A stretch of 64,000 nucleotides of DNA from an uncultured Chloroflexia bacterium. GTDB lineage: Bacteria > Chloroflexota > Limnocylindria > Limnocylindrales > CSP1-4. Shown here one piece after another: positions 8,333-17,950 of the stretch. The notes under the pieces are model-generated. The model was given only the letters and a program-made list of their open reading frames with translations. It was not told the origin of the DNA and made no database searches. The position numbers and the translations under genes are program-made. The stretch's first letter is position 1, and the number at the start of each line of letters is the position of its first letter. The DNA lies in the NCBI GenBank assembly GCA_963716815.1, contig CAVQUM010000004.1:70333-134332 (forward strand), in the 5' to 3' direction.

Positions 8333-10945
8333 GTGGACATCATCCTCAACGGCCAGCCTCGCTCGGTCGACTTCGCCCCCGGCACTTCGCTCCTCCAACT
8401 GCTGCGCAATGAGCTGGGGTTGCGCTCGATGAAGGACGGCTGTGCGCCCGAAGGCTCGTGTGGCGCCTGCACCGTCATCGTCGACAGCCGGCCCGTGGTC
8501 TCCTGCGCCCAGCCCGCGGAGCGTTTCGGGGGCAAGGAGGTCGAGACGCTCGAAGGGCTGCCCGAGGATTCGCGTGAGCTGTGGGCCGACGCCTTCAGTG
8601 CCACCGGCGCCTCGCAGTGTGGCTACTGCACGCCGGGCATCGTGATGAAGTCGGAGGCACTGCTGCGGCGCGAGGACGATCCCGGTCGCGAGGTCATCAC
8701 CAAGGCTCTTGCCGGCAATCTCTGCCGCTGCACCGGCTACCTGTCCATCATCGATGCGGTCGGACAGGTGGCCGCGGCACGGGCCGGTGGTCCCCGACCG
8801 ACCCCGCATCCCGGCGCCGCGGTCGGCGACCCTGCGCCCAAGTACCGCTCGCGTGAGCAGGTCCTGGGTATGCAGGAGTACGTGGCCGACCACGTCTTCC
8901 CCGGCATGCTCCATGGCGCGCTGCGTTTCAGCGATCACCCGCGGGCGGTGGTGTCCTCGATCGACACGTCCGCGGCGGAGGCGGCACCAGGCGTGGTCGC
9001 GGTCGTCACCGCCGCCGACGTGCCCGGGAAGCGCAACCAGGGGCTCATCAAGGACGACTGGAACCAGTTCATCGGCGTGGGCGAGACGACCCACTACATC
9101 GGTGACGTGCTCGCGGCGGTGGCGGCCGAGACGCGCGCCCAGGCCCGTGCCGCGGCCGAGCTCATCGAGGTCGAGTACGAGGTGCTGGAACCTGTGACCG
9201 ACCCCTTCGAGGCGCTGGCCGCGGGCGCACCCGCGGTGGGGCGCGACGGGAACCTGCTCTCCACCTCGGCCTACCGCATCGGCGATGTCGAAGCGGCCAT
9301 CGCAGCCTCCGCGCACGTGGTCTCCGATTCGTTCACCACCGCCGGCATCGAGCACGCCTATCTCGAGCCCGAGTCGTCGCTGGCAGTGCCCCAGACCGGC
9401 GATGGTCCGCGCCTGCACGTGCTCTCGCAGGGACAGGGTGCCTGGGAGGACCGACGCCAGATCGCCTCGCTGCTGGGTTGGCCCGAACAGGACGTGCTGG
9501 TCACGCAGGTGGCCACCGGCGGCGCCTTCGGCGGCAAGGAGGACCTCAACGTCCAGGGCCACGCGTCCCTGCTGGCGATCGCCACCGAGCGGCCGGTGCT
9601 GCTGGCGCTGTCACGCGCCAATTCGCTGCGCTTCTCCATCAAGCGCCATCGCTTCTGGATGGACTACACCGTGGCCTGTGACGCCGACGGGATGCTGACG
9701 GCGGTGAAGGCCCGCTTCGTGGGCGACAACGGCGGTTACGCCAGCGTCGGGGCCAAGGTCCTCGAGCGCGCGGCCGGCCACGCCTGCAGTGCCTACGAGG
9801 TGCCGGCCGTGGACGTCGAGGCGCGGGCGGTGTACACCAACAACCCGCCCTGCGGGGCCATGCGTGGCTTCGGTGCCAACCAGGCCAACTTCGGCATGGA
9901 GACGCTGCTCGACCGGTTGGCCGAGGCGGTCGGCATCGACGGCTGGGAGATCCGCTGGCGCAACGCGCTCGAGACCGGGAAGCGCTTCGGTACCGGTCAG
10001 AAACTGGGTCCGGGCGTGGGCCTGAAGAAGACGCTGCTGGCGGTCAAGGACCAGTACAAGGGCGCCAGGTACGCGGGCATCGCCTGCGGCGCCAAGAACA
10101 CCGGCATCGGCAATGGCATGAAGGAGTACGGCCGCGCCGTGGTGCGGCCCGAGGGCGACGGCCGCCTGACCGTCTTCCACTCGTGGACCGAGATGGGGCA
10201 GGGCACCCACACGGTCATGCGCCAGATCGCCAGCGACGAGCTGGACCTGCCGCCCGCATCGATCGAGGTCCGGGTCGACACCTCGTACGAGCTCGACACC
10301 GGCATCACCACCGCCTCGCGCGCGACGATGCTCGGCGGCCGCGCGGTGCTCAAGGCCTGCGAGGCCCTGCGCGCCGAGATGGTGGCACGGCGCTGCCGCC
10401 TCGACGACCTCGCGGGCGAGGAGTTCCCCGCGGAGATCGTCGTCGACTGGACCACCAAGCTGGGCGACGACGTGGCCGAGCCCATCACCCATTTCGCCTT
10501 CGGCTGGGCCACGCAGGTGTGCATCCTCGATGACGAGGGGCGCATCGAGAAGATCATCGCCGCGCACGACGTGGGCAAGGCGCTCGACCCGCTCATGCTC
10601 GAGGGCCAGGTCGTGGGCGGGGTCCACATGGGTCTGGGCCACACGCTCAGCGAGACGTTCGAGACCGAGGGTGGCCACCTCGTCACCGACACCCTGAAGT
10701 CGCTCAACATCATCCCCGCTTCGGGCATGCCGGAGGTGGAGACGATCCTTGTGGAGGAGCATCAACCCGAGGGACCCTACGGCGCCAAGGGCATGGGCGA
10801 GGCGGTGCTGGTACCCACGGCCGCGGCCGTGGCCGGCGCGCTCTATGCCTTCGACGGCGTGCGCCGGACGGAGTTGCCCATGCGCGACTCGCCTGCGGCC
10901 ATCGCCGCCGTGCCCAAGCTCAAGCGCCTGCTTGCCCCGCGTTGA
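8333..10945 (+). CDS. fused [2Fe-2S] + molybdopterin-binding oxidoreductase (aldehyde oxidoreductase / XdhD-like), no FAD domain
   Basis: The N-terminus carries GCAPEGSCGACTV, CGYCTPG and CRCTGY cluster motifs. These are followed by a/b-hammerhead and Moco domains (GGAFGGKED, AMRGFGANQ, PEGPYGAKGMGE). No CoxM/XdhB-type FAD subunit gene is nearby. Confidence 0.9.
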   Translation: MDIILNGQPRSVDFAPGTSLLQLLRNELGLRSMKDGCAPEGSCGACTVIVDSRPVVSCAQPAERFGGKEVETLEGLPEDSRELWADAFSATGASQCGYCTPGIVMKSEALLRREDDPGREVITKALAGNLCRCTGYLSIIDAVGQVAAARAGGPRPTPHPGAAVGDPAPKYRSREQVLGMQEYVADHVFPGMLHGALRFSDHPRAVVSSIDTSAAEAAPGVVAVVTAADVPGKRNQGLIKDDWNQFIGVGETTHYIGDVLAAVAAETRAQARAAAELIEVEYEVLEPVTDPFEALAAGAPAVGRDGNLLSTSAYRIGDVEAAIAASAHVVSDSFTTAGIEHAYLEPESSLAVPQTGDGPRLHVLSQGQGAWEDRRQIASLLGWPEQDVLVTQVATGGAFGGKEDLNVQGHASLLAIATERPVLLALSRANSLRFSIKRHRFWMDYTVACDADGMLTAVKARFVGDNGGYASVGAKVLERAAGHACSAYEVPAVDVEARAVYTNNPPCGAMRGFGANQANFGMETLLDRLAEAVGIDGWEIRWRNALETGKRFGTGQKLGPGVGLKKTLLAVKDQYKGARYAGIACGAKNTGIGNGMKEYGRAVVRPEGDGRLTVFHSWTEMGQGTHTVMRQIASDELDLPPASIEVRVDTSYELDTGITTASRATMLGGRAVLKACEALRAEMVARRCRLDDLAGEEFPAEIVVDWTTKLGDDVAEPITHFAFGWATQVCILDDEGRIEKIIAAHDVGKALDPLMLEGQVVGGVHMGLGHTLSETFETEGGHLVTDTLKSLNIIPASGMPEVETILVEEHQPEGPYGAKGMGEAVLVPTAAAVAGALYAFDGVRRTELPMRDSPAAIAAVPKLKRLLAPR

Positions 10946-10948
10946 GCC

Positions 10949-11200
10949 TCAGCCCGCTGCCCGCTTGACGAGCGCCTCGATCCGCGTCTGCTCGGCCTCG
11001 GTCAGCTCGGTCAGGGCGAAGGATGTGGGCCACATGCCGCCCTCGTCGAGGTGCGCTGCGTCGTTGAAGCCGAGCGTCGCGTACCTGGCCTCGAACTTGG
11101 CCGCACCCTGGAAGAAGCAGATCACCTTGCCGTCCCGGGCATGCGCGGGCATGCCGTTCCAGGTGCGCGGCCAAAGGTCGGGCGCACGCCATCGTGCCAC
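10949..11200 (-). CDS. DUF1801/YdhG-like small protein (N-terminus uncertain)
   Basis: The C-terminal 75 aa, [74 protein letters not shown], match my recollection of this family. The upstream part of the 147-aa ORF is Arg-rich junk, so I placed the start at GTG 11200. Confidence 0.45.
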   Translation of the reverse strand: MARWRAPDLWPRTWNGMPAHARDGKVICFFQGAAKFEARYATLGFNDAAHLDEGGMWPTSFALTELTEAEQTRIEALVKRAAG

Positions 11201-11405
11201 CGATGCTGCTCGCTGCCTTCTCGCGGTACGGGCGCTACCGTGGACGGCGCTGTGATCGACGCAGAGGAGGCCTGACCTGGCGTTCACAAGAGGATCACCC
11301 TTCGGCCGGGCCGGGCGCCGAGATCGACGCCGACCGACCGACCCGAACCGCCCGTCCGGGACCGACTCGAGCGAGACCGACGGCGGGTTCACGCGCCTGA
11401 CCGGC

Positions 11406-13199
11406 GTGCCTTGGAGGCGGCTCCTCGCCTACCTGCGACCGCAGCTCAAGCTGTTCGCGGTCGCGGTGGTGGCCCTGCTCGTGTCGACCGGCTTCGGCCT
11501 GTTGCTGCCGCTCGTCATCGGCGGCCTCGTCAACGAGGTCGTCTCTGCTGGGGACGCGGCCGGGCTCGATCAGCTGCTGCTGGTGCTGGTGGGCATCACG
11601 CTGGTGCTGGCCGTGGCCGGCTTCGCCCAGACGTGGTCGCTGGGTGTCATCGGCGAGCGCATCGTGGCCCGCTTGCGGGCGCAGGTCTTCGACCGCCTCG
11701 TGACCCTGGAGCTCGACTTCTACGTGCGCCGGCGCGTGGGCGAGCTCATCAGCCGCCTCTCGAGCGACGTGACCCAGGTGCGCCAGATGCTGACGCAGAC
11801 GCTGACCTCGCTGCTCTCGTCGCTACTCAGCCTCATCGGCTCGATCGTGGTGCTCTTCCTGCTCAGTCCCAGCCTGCTCGTGGTCATCCTCGTGCTGGCC
11901 CCGGCCATGGTCATCATCGCGGTCATCTTCGCCCGGCCCCTGCGCCGACTGGCCACGCGCGTGCAGGACTCGATCGCCGCCTCCACGACGACGGCCGAGG
12001 AGGCCTTGAGTGGTATCCGCGTGGTCAAGTCGTTCGGCCGCGAGGAATGGGAGCGACACCGCTACGGCGAGGACCTGCGAGGCGTGGTCAGCATGGCCAC
12101 GCGCCTGGTCACCTACCGCGGGCTCTTCGGCTCGATGATGCTCATCCTCGGCTTCGGTACGCTCATCGTGCTGCTCTGGTTCACCGGCCACCAGGTCATC
12201 GAGGGCGCGATCTCGCTTGGCGCCCTCACCAGCTTCCTGCTCTACGGCATCACCATCGGCACCAGCCTCTCGAGCATCGCGGGCATCTACGGCCAGTTCC
12301 AGGAGGGCGCCGGCGCGGTGGTGCGGGTGTTCGAGATCATCGACGAGCGACCGACCATCCGCGATGCCGAGGGGGCCGTGGTGCTGTCCGACGCCGAGGG
12401 CCGCATCGGCTTCGAGGGCGTGACCTTCGCCTACGGCGACGAGCGGTCGGTGCTGCGCGACATCTCGCTCCAGATCGGGGCCGGGGAGGTGCTGGCCGTG
12501 GTGGGGCCGTCGGGTGCGGGCAAGACCACCTTCTGCAACCTCATCGCGCGTCTGTGGGACGCGACCGAAGGACGCGTCACCGTCGACGGCCGCGACGTGC
12601 GCGACCTGCGCCTGCGTTCACTGCGCGCGGCGGTCTCGCTGGTGCCCCAGGATGCGACCGTCTTCGGTGGCACGGTCGAGGACAACATCCGCTACGGCCG
12701 GCTCGACGCCACCGACGAGGAGCTGGAGGCGGCGGCGCAGGCGGCCAATGCGCACGACTTCATCAGCCAGCTGCCCGACGGCTACCAGACCGTCGTGGGC
12801 GATCGCGGGACACGCCTCTCGGGCGGCCAACGACAGCGCGTGGCCATCGCGCGCGCCATCCTCAAGGACGCGCCCATCCTCATCCTCGACGAGGCCACCA
12901 GCTCGCTCGACAACGAATTGGAGCGGTTGGTGCAGGAGGCGTTGGCTCGGCTGATGGCAGGCCGCACCACCATCGTCGTGGCCCATCGACTCTCCACCAT
13001 CCGGGCCGCGGACCGCATCGCCGTGCTCGACGACGGCTGGCTGCTGGAACTGGGCACGCACGCTGAACTCCTGTCCGCCGACGCGCTCTATGCCCACCTC
13101 TGGCGACTGCAGGCCTCCGAGCGGCCCGCCGGCGAGAGTGCCCGCCCCACGCCGCAGGAACCTCCTCTGGGCGTGTCCGGAACGGATCGACGACCGTGA
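11406..13199 (+). CDS. ABC exporter, fused permease/ATPase (MsbA/type-1 exporter family)
   Basis: Six-TM N-terminal domain, Walker [10 protein letters not shown], signature [14 protein letters not shown], Walker [14 protein letters not shown]-loop VVAHRLST. Confidence 0.9.
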   Translation: MPWRRLLAYLRPQLKLFAVAVVALLVSTGFGLLLPLVIGGLVNEVVSAGDAAGLDQLLLVLVGITLVLAVAGFAQTWSLGVIGERIVARLRAQVFDRLVTLELDFYVRRRVGELISRLSSDVTQVRQMLTQTLTSLLSSLLSLIGSIVVLFLLSPSLLVVILVLAPAMVIIAVIFARPLRRLATRVQDSIAASTTTAEEALSGIRVVKSFGREEWERHRYGEDLRGVVSMATRLVTYRGLFGSMMLILGFGTLIVLLWFTGHQVIEGAISLGALTSFLLYGITIGTSLSSIAGIYGQFQEGAGAVVRVFEIIDERPTIRDAEGAVVLSDAEGRIGFEGVTFAYGDERSVLRDISLQIGAGEVLAVVGPSGAGKTTFCNLIARLWDATEGRVTVDGRDVRDLRLRSLRAAVSLVPQDATVFGGTVEDNIRYGRLDATDEELEAAAQAANAHDFISQLPDGYQTVVGDRGTRLSGGQRQRVAIARAILKDAPILILDEATSSLDNELERLVQEALARLMAGRTTIVVAHRLSTIRAADRIAVLDDGWLLELGTHAELLSADALYAHLWRLQASERPAGESARPTPQEPPLGVSGTDRRP

Positions 13200-13404
13200 T
13201 CACGGCCAGGTCCTGGCCTGCCTGCAGGTCTTCGGTCAGCAGGCAGCGGCAGCCCGCAGCTCTCGCGGCCGCCACGATCTGGGCGTCCCGGAAGTTGAGC
13301 CGGTCGCGTTGCTCGAGGCGCCACGCATCCTCGAGCGTCGGCGCCGACCGCCTCGCCGCACTACGATGAGGCGGTGACCTCCCCGAGGACGATGCCGCGT
13401 TCAT
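13195..13404 (-). pseudogene. C-terminal fragment of a PIN-domain toxin
   Basis: [52 protein letters not shown] resembles the last ~55 aa of VapC proteins. No N-terminal half exists, because that space is occupied by the DMT gene. The ORF runs on antisense into the ABC gene. Confidence 0.3.
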
Positions 13405-14294
13405 CCCTGCCTGCCACTGCGGGCGGGACGAACGTCCACGCCTACACCCTGACGGACTGGGGACTGCTCGCGGCCATCGCGCTCATCTGGGGCTCGTCGT
13501 TCCTGTTCATGGAGATCGGCCTGCGTTCGTTCGAGCCCGGCGTGATCACGCTTGCCCGTGTCGGGCTGGGTGCGGCCACGCTGGCGTTGCTGCCCAAGGC
13601 GCGGGCCGCGGTCGAGCGCGAGGATTGGCCTCGCATCGCCTTGCTCGGCGCCATCTGGATCGCCATCCCTCTGCTCATCTTCCCGGTGGCCCAGCAGTGG
13701 ATCACCTCGAGCGTGACCGGGATGATCAACGGCGCCATGCCGGTCTTCACCGTGCTGTGGGCGATCTACCTCATGCGGGCGCTGCCCGGCTGGCGGCAGG
13801 CGCTGGGCATCGGCCTCGGCTTCGTGGGCATGCTGCTCGTCTTCGTGCCCGAGCTGGAGGTCGGCGGCGATCAGCTCATCGGTGCCCTGCTGGTGGTCCT
13901 GGCGGTGGCCTTCTACGGCCTGGCCGCCAACCTCTCGGTGCCGCTCTCGCAGAAGTACGGCTCGCTGCCGGTGGTCTTCCGCGCCGAGCTGGTGGCGCTG
14001 GTGATCGTGGCACCGGTCGGATTGCTGCAGATTCCGGGGTCGAACTGGTCGTGGGAGTCCGCGCTGGCGATGCTCCCGCTGGGCATCCTTGGCACTGGCG
14101 CCGCCTTCGCCCTGATGGCCACGCTCACCGGCCGCGTGGGCGGGCCGCGGGCCTCGGTCGCGATCTACTTCCTGCCCATCGTGGCCATCGTGCTGGGCGT
14201 GCTCATTCTGGGTGAGTCGGTCGAAGCCGTCGCGTTCGGGGGCGTCCTGCTGGTGATGGTGGGCGCCTGGATCGCCTCGCGACGGGAGTCCTAG
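13374..14294 (+). CDS. EamA/DMT family transporter
   Basis: Ten predicted TM helices with a duplicated EamA pattern (IWGSSFLFMEIGL...; ...AFALMATLTGRVGGPRASVAIYFLPIVAIVLG). The start may be a few codons downstream. Confidence 0.85.
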   Translation: MTSPRTMPRSSLPATAGGTNVHAYTLTDWGLLAAIALIWGSSFLFMEIGLRSFEPGVITLARVGLGAATLALLPKARAAVEREDWPRIALLGAIWIAIPLLIFPVAQQWITSSVTGMINGAMPVFTVLWAIYLMRALPGWRQALGIGLGFVGMLLVFVPELEVGGDQLIGALLVVLAVAFYGLAANLSVPLSQKYGSLPVVFRAELVALVIVAPVGLLQIPGSNWSWESALAMLPLGILGTGAAFALMATLTGRVGGPRASVAIYFLPIVAIVLGVLILGESVEAVAFGGVLLVMVGAWIASRRES

Positions 14295-14424
14295 CCGGCG
14301 GCCGAGTCTTCCAGCGGATATCCCACGGCGGGCCGCTCGACCCTCCCGCCCCGATCGATGCGGGATATCGGCCCTGGTGGCGTGCCAGATGGTCCTGTAA
14401 GCGCTTCCACCCGCGTGTATCTTG

Positions 14425-14456
14425 TTGACAGCACCGCACGCTGCGTGCGGTAATGA
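14425..14456 (+). promoter_or_regulatory. promoter-like TTGACA-N18-GGTAAT with embedded 8-bp-arm palindrome
   Basis: TTGACA at 14425-14430. The palindrome ACCGCACG-CTG-CGTGCGGT (14433-14451) overlaps the -10 region, ~50 nt upstream of the sugar-binding protein gene. Confidence 0.35.
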
Positions 14457-14503
14457 GCGACTGCGGACGGGTCAAGCCTGTCCGATCGTAGGAGGAGGAA
14501 CCT

Positions 14504-15640
14504 ATGGGTTCAACTAAGCGAGCCCTCGCATTGGCGTCGGCTGTAGCCGTCGTCGGCGCGGGCCTGGCCTCGACGGGCGCCGTCGTCGTAGCGCAGGACG
14601 ACGTCTGCAACGTCGGCGTGTCCTGGAACAACTTCGAGCAGCCCCGCTGGGCCGCCACTGACAAGCCCAACATGCAGGCCACCATCGAAGAGGGCGGCGG
14701 CACGTTCAGCGACTTCGACGCCCGACTCGATAGCGCACAGCAGCAGACCGACGTCGAGACGCTCATCAACGGCGGCGCAGACGTCCTCGTCCTGCTGGCG
14801 CAGAACCAGGACGCGGCGCTGGCGGCGATCGAGATCGCCCAGTTGAACGACGTGCCGATCATCGCCTACGACCGCCTCATCGAGGACCCGAGCGTGCTCT
14901 ACATCACGTTCGACAACGTCGGTGTCGGCCGGGCTGAGGCTGAAGCCGTCCTCGGTGCCGTCCCTAGCGGCAACTACGTGCTCATCAAGGGCGACCCCGG
15001 TGATTCCAACGCCTCCACCTTCCTGCCCATGGGCTGGGACGAGGCGGGCCTCGCCGAGAAGGTCGAAGCCGGTGAGATCACCATCCTCGCCGACCAGTTC
15101 ACCGATGGCTGGCGGACCGAGACCGCCCAGAACAACATGGAGGCCATCATCGACGCGGCCAACGCGGACGGTGTGACCATCGACGCCATCCTCGCCGAGA
15201 ACGACAGCACCGCGCTCGGCGTGGTGGCCGCGCTCCAGGCCAAGGGCCTGGACCCGGTGCCGCTCAGCGGCCAGGACGGCGACCAGGGCAACCTGCAGAA
15301 CGTCGCTGCCGGCTGGCAGTACGTCGACGTCTGGAAGGACAGCAACCAGCTGGGCAAGGTCGCCGGCGCCGCTGCCCTCCAGCTGTGCGAGGGTGTGGCC
15401 ATGGCAGACCTGGTCATCCCCGAGGGCCTGATCCCCGAGTCGGTCGTGCCGACCGCGGGCGCCCAGGCCGCGCCCTTCGAGACTCCCGGTGGCAACACCG
15501 TGACCTCGTTCATCCTCCAGCCCACGCCGATCACCCAGGACAACATGGACCTGGTCGTCGACGCCGGCTGGATCGACAAGGACGTGCTCTGCGAGCAGGT
15601 GGACGACCCGGCGCGTGCCGCGCCCATCTGCAGCGAGTGA
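14504..15640 (+). CDS. sugar ABC transporter substrate-binding protein, XylF (D-xylose-binding)-like
   Basis: Signal peptide, then a periplasmic-binding-protein type I fold with IIAYDRLI, YITFDNVGVG, ENDSTALGVVAAL and SGQDGD motifs. Confidence 0.88.
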   Translation: MGSTKRALALASAVAVVGAGLASTGAVVVAQDDVCNVGVSWNNFEQPRWAATDKPNMQATIEEGGGTFSDFDARLDSAQQQTDVETLINGGADVLVLLAQNQDAALAAIEIAQLNDVPIIAYDRLIEDPSVLYITFDNVGVGRAEAEAVLGAVPSGNYVLIKGDPGDSNASTFLPMGWDEAGLAEKVEAGEITILADQFTDGWRTETAQNNMEAIIDAANADGVTIDAILAENDSTALGVVAALQAKGLDPVPLSGQDGDQGNLQNVAAGWQYVDVWKDSNQLGKVAGAAALQLCEGVAMADLVIPEGLIPESVVPTAGAQAAPFETPGGNTVTSFILQPTPITQDNMDLVVDAGWIDKDVLCEQVDDPARAAPICSE

Positions 15641-15734
15641 GCTGATCCGCTCGGATAGCGTAAGGACATGCGCCCTGCACCACGGCTACGTGGTGCAGGG
15701 CGCCGTCTCCTTCGGATAGAGTGAAGAGAGCACG

Positions 15735-17087
15735 ATGAGCGGCATCGCCGAGACTTCGCCGCAGCCCCCCGGCGCCCCAGCTTCCACCCGAACCTCGCTG
15801 CGCGACTTGTTCGCGGCCACCGAGGTCGACGCGCGCCTGTTCGGCATGCTTCTGGCCCTGGTCGTGATCCTCGTTGGATTCCACTTCTTCTCGGGTGGCC
15901 GGCTCCTCAGCCCACCCAACATGATCACGCTCGCCGTGCAGACGAGCGGCACGGCCATCATGGCCACGGGCATGGTGCTCATCATCGTGTCCCGCAACAT
16001 CGACCTCTCGGTCGGCTCCCAGGTCGGCGTCATCGCCATGGTCTACGCGGTGCTGATGACCGACTTCCTGCCCGATGTCCTCGGCTTCCCCGGGGTCGGC
16101 AGCCCGATCATGTGGCTCGTCGCGCTCGCGCTCGGGATCGGAACGGGCGTGCTCATCGGCGGTGTGCAGGGCTTCATCATCGCCTACCTCGGCGTACCCG
16201 CATTCGTGGTCACGCTCGGCGGTCTGCTCTCGCTGCGTGGCGTCGTGTGGGTGCTCTCGGAGGGCGCCGCGGTGACGGGCGTCGACAGCACGTTCCGCCA
16301 GGTCGGCGGCGGGGCGCTCGGATTCCTCGGCGGTGAGGTCACCTGGATCCTGGAGGTCATCGCTTGCCTCGGCATCGTGGGGCTGCTCTTGTACAACCGC
16401 TGGCAGCGCCGCAAGTTCGGCTTCCCGCTGCGGCCGGCGTGGGCTGAGGTCCTCATCGGTGCCGCCAGCTGTGGCATCGTGCTGGGCCTCACGTGGATGG
16501 CCAACCAGGTGTACTACCCCAGGGGTATCGCACGCACGCGCGCCGAGGATCTCGGTCTGGTCATCCCGGATGAGCAGTTGGGCAGCTACTTCCCGATGGG
16601 CGTGTCCTGGCCGATCCTCCTGCTCATCGGCGTGACCATCGTGATGACCTTCATCGCGACGCGCCGCCGCTTCGGCCGCTACGTCTACGCATACGGCGGC
16701 AACCCAGACGCAGCGGACCTCGCCGGCATCAACACGCGCTGGACGATCATGAAGACGTTCATGCTGATGGGCGTCCTCTGCGCCATCTCCGCCGCCATCC
16801 TGGTCGGCCGCCTCAACGGCGCGGCCCAGGATCTGGGCAATATCGAGGAGCTGTATGTCATCGCCGCGGCCGTCGTCGGTGGGACCTCCTTCAAGGGCGG
16901 CATCGGCACCATCCCGGGCGCGATCCTCGGCGCCTTCGTCATGCAAGCTCTGGCCTACGGCCTCGCCTTCATGAACGTGCCCTCGCCGGTGCAGGCCATC
17001 GTGGCAGGCTTCGTGCTCGTGGCGGCCGTGGCCGTGGACCAGTGGAACCGCCGTCGCGGAGGCGGTCGCAGGAGGGCGGGCACATGA
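15735..17087 (+). CDS. sugar ABC transporter permease (XylH/GguB-like)
   Basis: Multi-TM protein with [12 protein letters not shown] and [19 protein letters not shown] motifs typical of CUT2 permeases. Confidence 0.9.
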   Translation: MSGIAETSPQPPGAPASTRTSLRDLFAATEVDARLFGMLLALVVILVGFHFFSGGRLLSPPNMITLAVQTSGTAIMATGMVLIIVSRNIDLSVGSQVGVIAMVYAVLMTDFLPDVLGFPGVGSPIMWLVALALGIGTGVLIGGVQGFIIAYLGVPAFVVTLGGLLSLRGVVWVLSEGAAVTGVDSTFRQVGGGALGFLGGEVTWILEVIACLGIVGLLLYNRWQRRKFGFPLRPAWAEVLIGAASCGIVLGLTWMANQVYYPRGIARTRAEDLGLVIPDEQLGSYFPMGVSWPILLLIGVTIVMTFIATRRRFGRYVYAYGGNPDAADLAGINTRWTIMKTFMLMGVLCAISAAILVGRLNGAAQDLGNIEELYVIAAAVVGGTSFKGGIGTIPGAILGAFVMQALAYGLAFMNVPSPVQAIVAGFVLVAAVAVDQWNRRRGGGRRRAGT

Positions 17088-17869
17088 CCGACGAGAAGCG
17101 CACCCCGCTCGTGGAGATGCGCAACATCAGCGTGGCCTTCGGCGGCGTGCACGCGGTCCAGAACGTGAGCATCGACCTCTACGCCGGCGAGGTCGTGGGG
17201 CTGGTGGGCGGCAACGGCGCGGGCAAGACTACGCTCATGCGTGCGCTGTCGGGCGCACACCCGGCCGACTCGGGCAAGATCCGCATCGACGGCAGGCCGG
17301 TCTCGATCAAGAACACGCGTGACGCCAAGGGCCTCAACATCGAGACCATCTACCAGACGCTGGCGCTGGCGGACAACATCGGCGCGCCCGGCAACGTCTT
17401 TCTGGGGCGCGAGCTGACCACCGTCTGGGGCACGCTCGACGACGGCGCCATGGAGAACGCCACGCGCGAGGTCATGGGCCGGCTGAACCCGAACTTCACC
17501 AACTTCAGCACGCCGGTGATGTCGCTCTCCGGCGGCCAGCGGCAGGCGGTGGCCATCGCCCGCGCCGTCCACTTCAACGCCCGCATCCTCATCATGGACG
17601 AGCCCACCGCCGCCCTCGGCCCGGCGGAGACAGCGCAGGTGCGCGACCTCATCCGTCAGCTCAAGGCAGAGGGCCTGGGCATTTTCCTCATCAGCCACGA
17701 CATCCACGACGTCTTCGACCTGTCCGACCGCATCAGCGTCATGTACCACGGCGAGATCGTGGGCACGGTCAACCACGACGATGTCACCACCGACGACGTG
17801 CTGGGCATGATCATCCTGGGCAAGCCGCCGACCGACGTGACCGTCGAGGAGCGCGCCGCACTCCACTAG
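17084..17869 (+). CDS. sugar ABC transporter ATP-binding protein (single NBD)
   Basis: The ATG overlaps the permease stop (ATGA). Walker [10 protein letters not shown], signature [14 protein letters not shown], Walker [12 protein letters not shown]. Confidence 0.9.
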   Translation: MTDEKRTPLVEMRNISVAFGGVHAVQNVSIDLYAGEVVGLVGGNGAGKTTLMRALSGAHPADSGKIRIDGRPVSIKNTRDAKGLNIETIYQTLALADNIGAPGNVFLGRELTTVWGTLDDGAMENATREVMGRLNPNFTNFSTPVMSLSGGQRQAVAIARAVHFNARILIMDEPTAALGPAETAQVRDLIRQLKAEGLGIFLISHDIHDVFDLSDRISVMYHGEIVGTVNHDDVTTDDVLGMIILGKPPTDVTVEERAALH

Positions 17870-17950
17870 CGCGACCGAGCCTTCAGCCCTGCGGCACCGT
17901 CAGCGCGCGGGGATCGTGCGCCAACTCGACATGTGCCAGGTGCGCCAGGC

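Noticed and set aside
8189-10765. Long minus-strand ORFs (457 aa and 384 aa) opposite the molybdoenzyme gene. Similar cases are 432..1424+, 15531..16946-, 26000..28303-, 46879..48885+, 48513..50150+, 49757..52948+, 38235..39848- and 58222..59250+.
   Set aside because: These are shadow ORFs antisense to genes with clear homology. Their translations are Arg/Gly/Asp/His-rich and low-complexity, with no recognisable motifs.
10949-11392. Full 147-aa ORF for the DUF1801-like gene, or a frameshifted longer N-terminus.
   Set aside because: None of the three frames upstream of ~11200 yields family-like sequence, so I only support the C-terminal ~83 codons. The true start remains unresolved.
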